Assembly (NCBI GenBank): GCA_965201075.1
Contig: CBDAVP010000016.1
Span: 434,001-498,000, forward strand
Direction: 5' to 3'
Source: Isosphaeraceae bacterium
GTDB taxonomy: Bacteria; Planctomycetota; Planctomycetia; Isosphaerales; Isosphaeraceae
DNA length: 64,000 nucleotides
Below the pieces are notes generated by a model, which saw nothing but the letters and a program-made list of their open reading frames with translations, ran no database searches and was not told the DNA's origin. The translations under genes were made by a program, and so were the position numbers. Below, in pieces: positions 59,213 through 64,000 of this stretch. Positions within the stretch are counted from its first letter, which is position 1; each line of letters starts with the position of its first letter.

Positions 59213-60263
59213 GGGCGGCGGCCAACTGAGCGGCCACGGCCTGGTAGACTCGCCCGGGGGTCAATTCGGCCATGCACTCCAGGCGAGGACAGGTCTTGAC
59301 GCAACTCGCGGCGCACCAGACCTGGGTCGAGACCGAGACCGCCCTTGGACCATAGGCCCCCGTGAGGTGCGCCGAGGTGCAGGTGTGGACGCCGACGGTA
59401 TGCACGCCGGTCGCGACGGCCAGGTGAAGCGGGCCGGTGTCGTTGGACAGGAAGAGCTGCGACTCGGCCGCCACCATCGCCAGTTGCGGCAAGGTCGTCC
59501 GTCCGCAAAGGTCGAGGCTGGGGACCATCCCCAGGACGTCGCGGACCTTCTCAACCAAAGGGCGATCCTCGGGAGCCCCGACCAGGATGATCCCGGCTCC
59601 CAGGCGGTCGGCGGCCCGGCGGGCGACCTCGGCGAACGACTCGGGCGGCCAGCGCTTGGTCAACCACCGGGCCCCCACGTTCAGGACCAGACGAGGGCCG
59701 ATCACCCCCGCCAAGGTCGAGCGAGCCCAGCGACGGGCCTCCTCCCAGGGCGGCAGCACGAACCGGGGACGCGAAACGTCGATCCCCAATGCGCCCGGGA
59801 TCGCCAGCAAGCGGTCCACCGCATGGGGTTCCGGCTCGATTGGCGGGACGTGGTGGGTGTAGAACCACGTCGAGCCTTCCCGGGCGTTCGCCGCGCCAAT
59901 CCTGACCGGAGCCCGGCTGGCCCTGGCCATGATCCCCGACCGCAGGAGGCCCTGGAGGTCCACCACCAGGTCGAACCGCCGTTGCCGCAAATCCTTCAGA
60001 AATCCCAGGGTCGAGCCAATCCCCGAGGGGGTCAAACGGGCCCGCGACCGATCGAAGGGGATGACCTCGTCAAGCTGGGGGTGGCCGTCCAGGAGGGTTC
60101 GCAAGCCCCGGTTGACGACCCAGGCGATGTGGGCCTCGGGATAGCGGCCGCGCAGGGCCGCGAGGGTCGGCAAGGCGTGAATGATGTCGCCCAGCGAGCT
60201 CGGCTTGAGGATGCCGATGCGTCGGGGTTGGAAATCCGCGGGCGGGGCGCTCGGTCGGGTCAT
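59193..60263 (-). CDS. GT9 glycosyltransferase (LPS heptosyltransferase-like)
   Basis: KPSSLGDIIH, DLQGLLRS, KRWP, SNDTGPLHLA. Confidence 0.92.
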   Translation of the reverse strand: MTRPSAPPADFQPRRIGILKPSSLGDIIHALPTLAALRGRYPEAHIAWVVNRGLRTLLDGHPQLDEVIPFDRSRARLTPSGIGSTLGFLKDLRQRRFDLVVDLQGLLRSGIMARASRAPVRIGAANAREGSTWFYTHHVPPIEPEPHAVDRLLAIPGALGIDVSRPRFVLPPWEEARRWARSTLAGVIGPRLVLNVGARWLTKRWPPESFAEVARRAADRLGAGIILVGAPEDRPLVEKVRDVLGMVPSLDLCGRTTLPQLAMVAAESQLFLSNDTGPLHLAVATGVHTVGVHTCTSAHLTGAYGPRAVSVSTQVWCAASCVKTCPRLECMAELTPGRVYQAVAAQLAAALKDRAA

Positions 60264-60303
60264 CGGCGGGGAACTCCCTTTCCCGCGGCGATCGGGCGGC
60301 GGT

Positions 60304-60332
60304 ATCGTAGCCGGCGGCCCGCCGGTTGACAA
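60304..60332 (-). promoter_or_regulatory. Sigma70 promoter for the GT9 gene
   Basis: Minus strand TTGTCA-N17-TACGAT, 41 nt upstream of ATG 60263. Confidence 0.55.
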
Positions 60333-60360
60333 TCGCGGAGGCGGGCGGGAGGGGCGCCGA

Positions 60361-61317
60361 GTGACGTCGAGCCTGATTCTGATCGGCCTGATCGCCGTGG
60401 GCCTTGAGCGGGGCGAGGCCACCTTCCGACCCACCGCCGCCGAGGCCCAGGTTCCCGAAACCTTCCGCCTGGCCGCGGCCACCTTCCCCTTCGAGCGGGA
60501 ACCCCTCCGCGACGAGCCCCGGTTCGACGTCTCGGCCGTCCGGTTCCCCTCGCCGGTCGAGTCGCCCGACCCCGTCAATAACACCGTGAGGGCCGAGTAC
60601 TTCCGTCCCAAGGTCGAGGGCCGACGACCGGGCGTGGTGGTCCTGCACATCCTGGGCGCCGACTTCGCTCTGTCCCGCTACCTGGCCGCCCGCCTGGCCG
60701 AACGCGGGGTCGCGGCCTTGTTTGTCCAGCTACCCTATTACGGCGAACGACGGCCCCCCGGCACCGACCGCCGTTTCCTCTCGGCCGACGTCGAGCGGTC
60801 GATGCTCGCCATGAGGCAAGGCATCTGCGACGTCCGTCGAGCGGCGGCCTGGCTGGCGAGCCGCGAGGAAGTTGACCCCTCGCGGATCGGCGTGGCGGGC
60901 ATCAGTCTGGGGGGGATCATCGGCTCGGTGGCGACGGCCGTCGACCCGGCGATCACGTCGGTCGCTCCGGTGCTGGCCGGTGGGGATCTGGCCAATGTCC
61001 TCTGGGAGATGCCGGAGTCCGCCCGCTACCGCAAGCGGTGGACCGATTTGGGGCGAACCAAGGCCGACCTTGTCGCCCTCACCGCCCCGTTTGACCCTCT
61101 GACCCACGCCGACCGACTTCGAGGCAAACGCGTCTTGATGGTCGCCGGCTCGGTCGACGAGGTGATCCCCCCCGCCTCGGCCCGGGCCCTATGGGAGGCG
61201 GCGGGTCGACCTCCGATCCGCTGGTGTCCCTGCGGCCATTACTCCTCGGCCGGGTTCCTGCTGCCGATTCTCCGCGAGGTCGTCGAGTTCTTTGCCGAGA
61301 CCCCCGCTTCGAGATGA
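60361..61317 (+). CDS. Alpha/beta hydrolase
   Basis: VVVLH, LPYYGERR, GISLGG nucleophile, DEVIP, CGHY catalytic triad; N-terminal signal. Confidence 0.88.
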   Translation: MTSSLILIGLIAVGLERGEATFRPTAAEAQVPETFRLAAATFPFEREPLRDEPRFDVSAVRFPSPVESPDPVNNTVRAEYFRPKVEGRRPGVVVLHILGADFALSRYLAARLAERGVAALFVQLPYYGERRPPGTDRRFLSADVERSMLAMRQGICDVRRAAAWLASREEVDPSRIGVAGISLGGIIGSVATAVDPAITSVAPVLAGGDLANVLWEMPESARYRKRWTDLGRTKADLVALTAPFDPLTHADRLRGKRVLMVAGSVDEVIPPASARALWEAAGRPPIRWCPCGHYSSAGFLLPILREVVEFFAETPASR

Positions 61318-61398
61318 ATAGATTCGGGCGCGAATCTTGCGAGGCATATGGGTCCACGCCCGCCGCCCGGCTGCCATCCCCAACCCGGAGCCGACCCG

Positions 61399-61587
61399 AT
61401 GGAAACCTCGCCAACCGCTTCCTCGACGACCCTTGACAAGGGCCAGCGTCTGGTTTGCTCACAATGCGAGTCGGAGATTGAGATCGTCAACCCCTGCTCC
61501 TGCGAGCCTCGCGACCAGGTCCTGAAGTGTTGCGGACAGGACATGGTTCCCGCCGGGGGACGAACGGTCAACCTCGGCGTGGAGTAA
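61399..61587 (+). CDS. Small desulforedoxin-like Cys-rich metal-binding protein
   Basis: GGAG RBS; KGQRLVCSQCESEIEIVNPCSC...LKCCGQDM. Confidence 0.75.
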   Translation: METSPTASSTTLDKGQRLVCSQCESEIEIVNPCSCEPRDQVLKCCGQDMVPAGGRTVNLGVE

Positions 61588-61684
61588 AGCCCGATCGCGC
61601 CTCGGGGCACGACGCGATTGCGGCCCCGGGGCTCTCACGGTATCCTCCGGCCGGACCTACCGAGGCGACGGACGAGGGATTGTC

Positions 61685-62095
61685 ATGGCGGCCCGAGTGA
61701 CCAGCGTTTTCCTGTACGTCGACGACGTCCTCCGCTCCCTGGAGTTCTACCACGAGATCGTCGGCGCCGAGGTCGTCCAGGTCCACGCCGAGCACGAAGG
61801 AGCCCCTATCTCCCTGGCCCTGCTCCGTTTGGGGGATTTTACCCTGATGCTCCACCCCCGAGCCGAGCACGAGGCCGAGTTCGAGGGGCAAAGAGTCGGC
61901 CTGGGCATCCACCTGCAACTCAAGGTTGAGGACGTCGACGCCTTCCATCAGCACTGCTTCGACGAAGGGGCCATGATGGCCGTCTCGGGAGACCCGGTGG
62001 ACCAGTCCTGGGGCTGGCGGGAGTTCGCCCTCAAGGATCCCGACGGCTACGTCTGGTCGATCTACCAGGACAAATCCGGCGGGAAGTGGGCCTGA
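61685..62095 (+). CDS. VOC/glyoxalase family protein
   Basis: LYVDDVLRSLEFY, VEDVDA, WGWREFALKDPDGYVW. Confidence 0.92.
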   Translation: MAARVTSVFLYVDDVLRSLEFYHEIVGAEVVQVHAEHEGAPISLALLRLGDFTLMLHPRAEHEAEFEGQRVGLGIHLQLKVEDVDAFHQHCFDEGAMMAVSGDPVDQSWGWREFALKDPDGYVWSIYQDKSGGKWA

Positions 62096-62112
62096 TGGAT
62101 CCGCGGCGGACG

Positions 62113-62832
62113 TCACTCGTCCCGGTTGTCGGCCAGGGCCAGGACCAACGCCGAGACCGCCAGCCCGGCCGTCTCCACCCTCAATAAGGTCGTCCCCATC
62201 CCCACGACCCGCCAACCGGCGGCTTGAGCCTGGGCAACCTCCTCGTCGGTGAAGCCACCCTCGGGGCCGATCGCCAGTGTCACGGCCCGATCGCGGTCAC
62301 ATCTTGGCCAACGAAGGGCGGGCAAGCCTCCCGGGTGCGCGACGAGGCGGAGGGGCGTCGATGTTGCCGCCAGGAGTTCGGCCCAGCGGATCGGCTCGAC
62401 AATCTCCATCAGCCAGTCCCGCCCGCACTGCTTGGATGCCTCGACCACGCGCCTGCGTAGCTTCTCCAGCTTCGCCGAGCGCGGGTCGACGATGCTGCGA
62501 GCCGTATTCAGGGGCTGGAGCCGGGCGACCCCCAACTCGGTGGCCTTCTCGACCAGCCAGTCCGCGCGATCCCCCTTGGGCATCGCGGTGGCCAGGGTCA
62601 ACTCGCAAGCGGGCGGCGAGCTGGGCGGAAGGGTTTCGACAATCCTGAGGCGAACTTGATCCCTCGACGTCTCCAGGACTTCAGCGTTCCAGGTCGACCC
62701 GCGCCCATCGAACACAACCACGAATTCACCAAGACCGACGCGGCGGACGCGGGCCAGGTGGTGGGCCTCGTCCCCACCGAGGGTTAGGACATCACCGACG
62801 GGCGGGTCGGGGGCATGAAACCGATCGGCCAC
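62113..62832 (-). CDS. rsmE: 16S rRNA m3U1498 methyltransferase
   Basis: EAHHLARVRR, EKATELGV, EASKQCGR, IGPEGGF, LRVETA. Confidence 0.95.
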   Translation of the reverse strand: MADRFHAPDPPVGDVLTLGGDEAHHLARVRRVGLGEFVVVFDGRGSTWNAEVLETSRDQVRLRIVETLPPSSPPACELTLATAMPKGDRADWLVEKATELGVARLQPLNTARSIVDPRSAKLEKLRRRVVEASKQCGRDWLMEIVEPIRWAELLAATSTPLRLVAHPGGLPALRWPRCDRDRAVTLAIGPEGGFTDEEVAQAQAAGWRVVGMGTTLLRVETAGLAVSALVLALADNRDE

Positions 62833-62948
62833 GGCGCGGAACCCTTGGGATCGTCGCAAACCTCAAAGTCGGCCGGTCAGCCTATCCGATGGGGAAGGTA
62901 GGTCCCAGCCTTTTGGGTGCGCGGATCGATCCTCGGAGTTCGTCAAGG

Positions 62949-63725
62949 ATGGTGAATCGGCACTGGGGCCTGAACCGTGACCCCTTCGCTCCCGGTCGGG
63001 GCCCCTTCGTGGAAACCCCAGGGGCCCAAGAGGCGGTCGAGCGGCTGGTCCATGTGGTCGAGTCCGGCGACCGTCGCGTCAAGCTGTCCGCCCCGGCCGG
63101 AAGCGGCAAGTCGCGCATCCTGGCCGAAGTGGCCCATCGCCTGCGAGGGCCCACACGGCGAGTGGCCAGGGTTTCCGCGGCGCCGGATCTGGACGCCGTG
63201 GCTCGGGAGTTCGCCGAACGGCTGGGAGTTCGGTCGCGGACACCTGGCGAAGCTCCGCACGGGTGGCGGAAGCTGGCCGAGGCGGTCCGACTTTGCCGTT
63301 GGCAGAAGCTCGGGGTCGTCCTGGTGGTCGACGACTCCCAAGAGGCGGGCCCCGGAGTCGACTGGTCGCGGCTGGCTCGGATCGACCCGCACCCCGCGAC
63401 CCGCTTGACGTTGATTGTCTCGGGCCGGGCTTCGGCCGATGGGGAGGCCGCCGACCCCTGGGAGTTGGCGGTCCGTCTCCCCGCGATGAGCCGGACCGAG
63501 ACGGCCCACTACCTGGAATGCCGACTGGTCGACGCCGGGCGGGTCGGCCCGACATTCACCCCCCGGGCGGTGACGCGGCTGCACGGTTTGACGGGCGGGT
63601 TGCCGGGCGGGGTGGATCGCCTGGCCTCGTTGGCCCTGGTGGGGGGGGCGGTCCGTCGGCTGGAGATGATTTCGCCGGAGGTGGTCGAGGGGGTCGCGGC
63701 CGAGTGCTTGCCCGCCGGGCGCTGA
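62949..63725 (+). CDS. ExeA/GspA-like AAA ATPase
   Basis: HWGLNRDPF N-terminus, Walker A APAGSGKS, Walker B VVDDSQ, ETAHYLECRL, TGGLPG. Confidence 0.8.
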   Translation: MVNRHWGLNRDPFAPGRGPFVETPGAQEAVERLVHVVESGDRRVKLSAPAGSGKSRILAEVAHRLRGPTRRVARVSAAPDLDAVAREFAERLGVRSRTPGEAPHGWRKLAEAVRLCRWQKLGVVLVVDDSQEAGPGVDWSRLARIDPHPATRLTLIVSGRASADGEAADPWELAVRLPAMSRTETAHYLECRLVDAGRVGPTFTPRAVTRLHGLTGGLPGGVDRLASLALVGGAVRRLEMISPEVVEGVAAECLPAGR

Positions 63726-63792
63726 CAGGCGGTCTCGTCCCGTGGTAAAAGGGAACCATCGCCCTGGAACGCACCCGAGAGACGCCCGCCCG

Positions 63793-64000
63793 ATGTCCCG
63801 CCCCGCGATCGACTTGAAGAAGCCGGTGCTGGCCGCCCTGCTGGCCTGGCTGGTGCCGGGGCTGGGTCACTTTTACCAGGGGCGGGTCCGCAAGGGGCTG
63901 CTCTATCTGAGCTGCATCTTAGGACTCTATCTGGTGGGCCTGGCAATGGGCCACTGGCAGGTCGTCTACTGGACCTGGGTTGATCCTCGAGTCGATTCCG
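63793..64000 (+). CDS. DUF6677-like membrane protein, 3'-truncated by the window edge
   Basis: MSRPAIDLKKPVLAALLAWLVPGLGHFYQGRVRKG...; no stop before the window end. Confidence 0.75.
   Translation, partial: MSRPAIDLKKPVLAALLAWLVPGLGHFYQGRVRKGLLYLSCILGLYLVGLAMGHWQVVYWTWVDPRVDS

Overview
This 64-kb GC-rich chromosomal window is almost certainly from a planctomycete (Isosphaeraceae-like). The evidence is the PSD1/DUF1501/DUF1552/DUF1592 proteins, the planctomycete LEGRTLL export motif and DUF6677. Most of it is core genome: pyruvate/2-oxoacid dehydrogenase E2/E3, ExbB/ExbD/ExbD, glgA-GH57-galT, a 12-kb GntR-led cytochrome-c/DUF operon, tRNA-His, PNP, ileS, purN, bshB1-like, crtD-like, pheA, selD, cinA, truD, rluA, GT-C/GT9 glycosyltransferases and rsmE. 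I saw no CRISPR array, rRNA, integrase or transposase. Main candidates for new biology: (1) a two-gene selD + secreted Cys-rich YdjY-like unit with its own promoter and no known Se-pathway partner nearby; (2) a 78-nt tRNA-like element ending in CCA in the leader of an HNH nuclease gene; (3) a 40-aa basic CxxC-x10-CxxC microprotein missed by the ORF track; (4) a ~60% Asp/Glu protein; (5) two type II TA modules whose toxins are each disabled by a single lesion. All family assignments come from motif recognition by eye; no database search was run.
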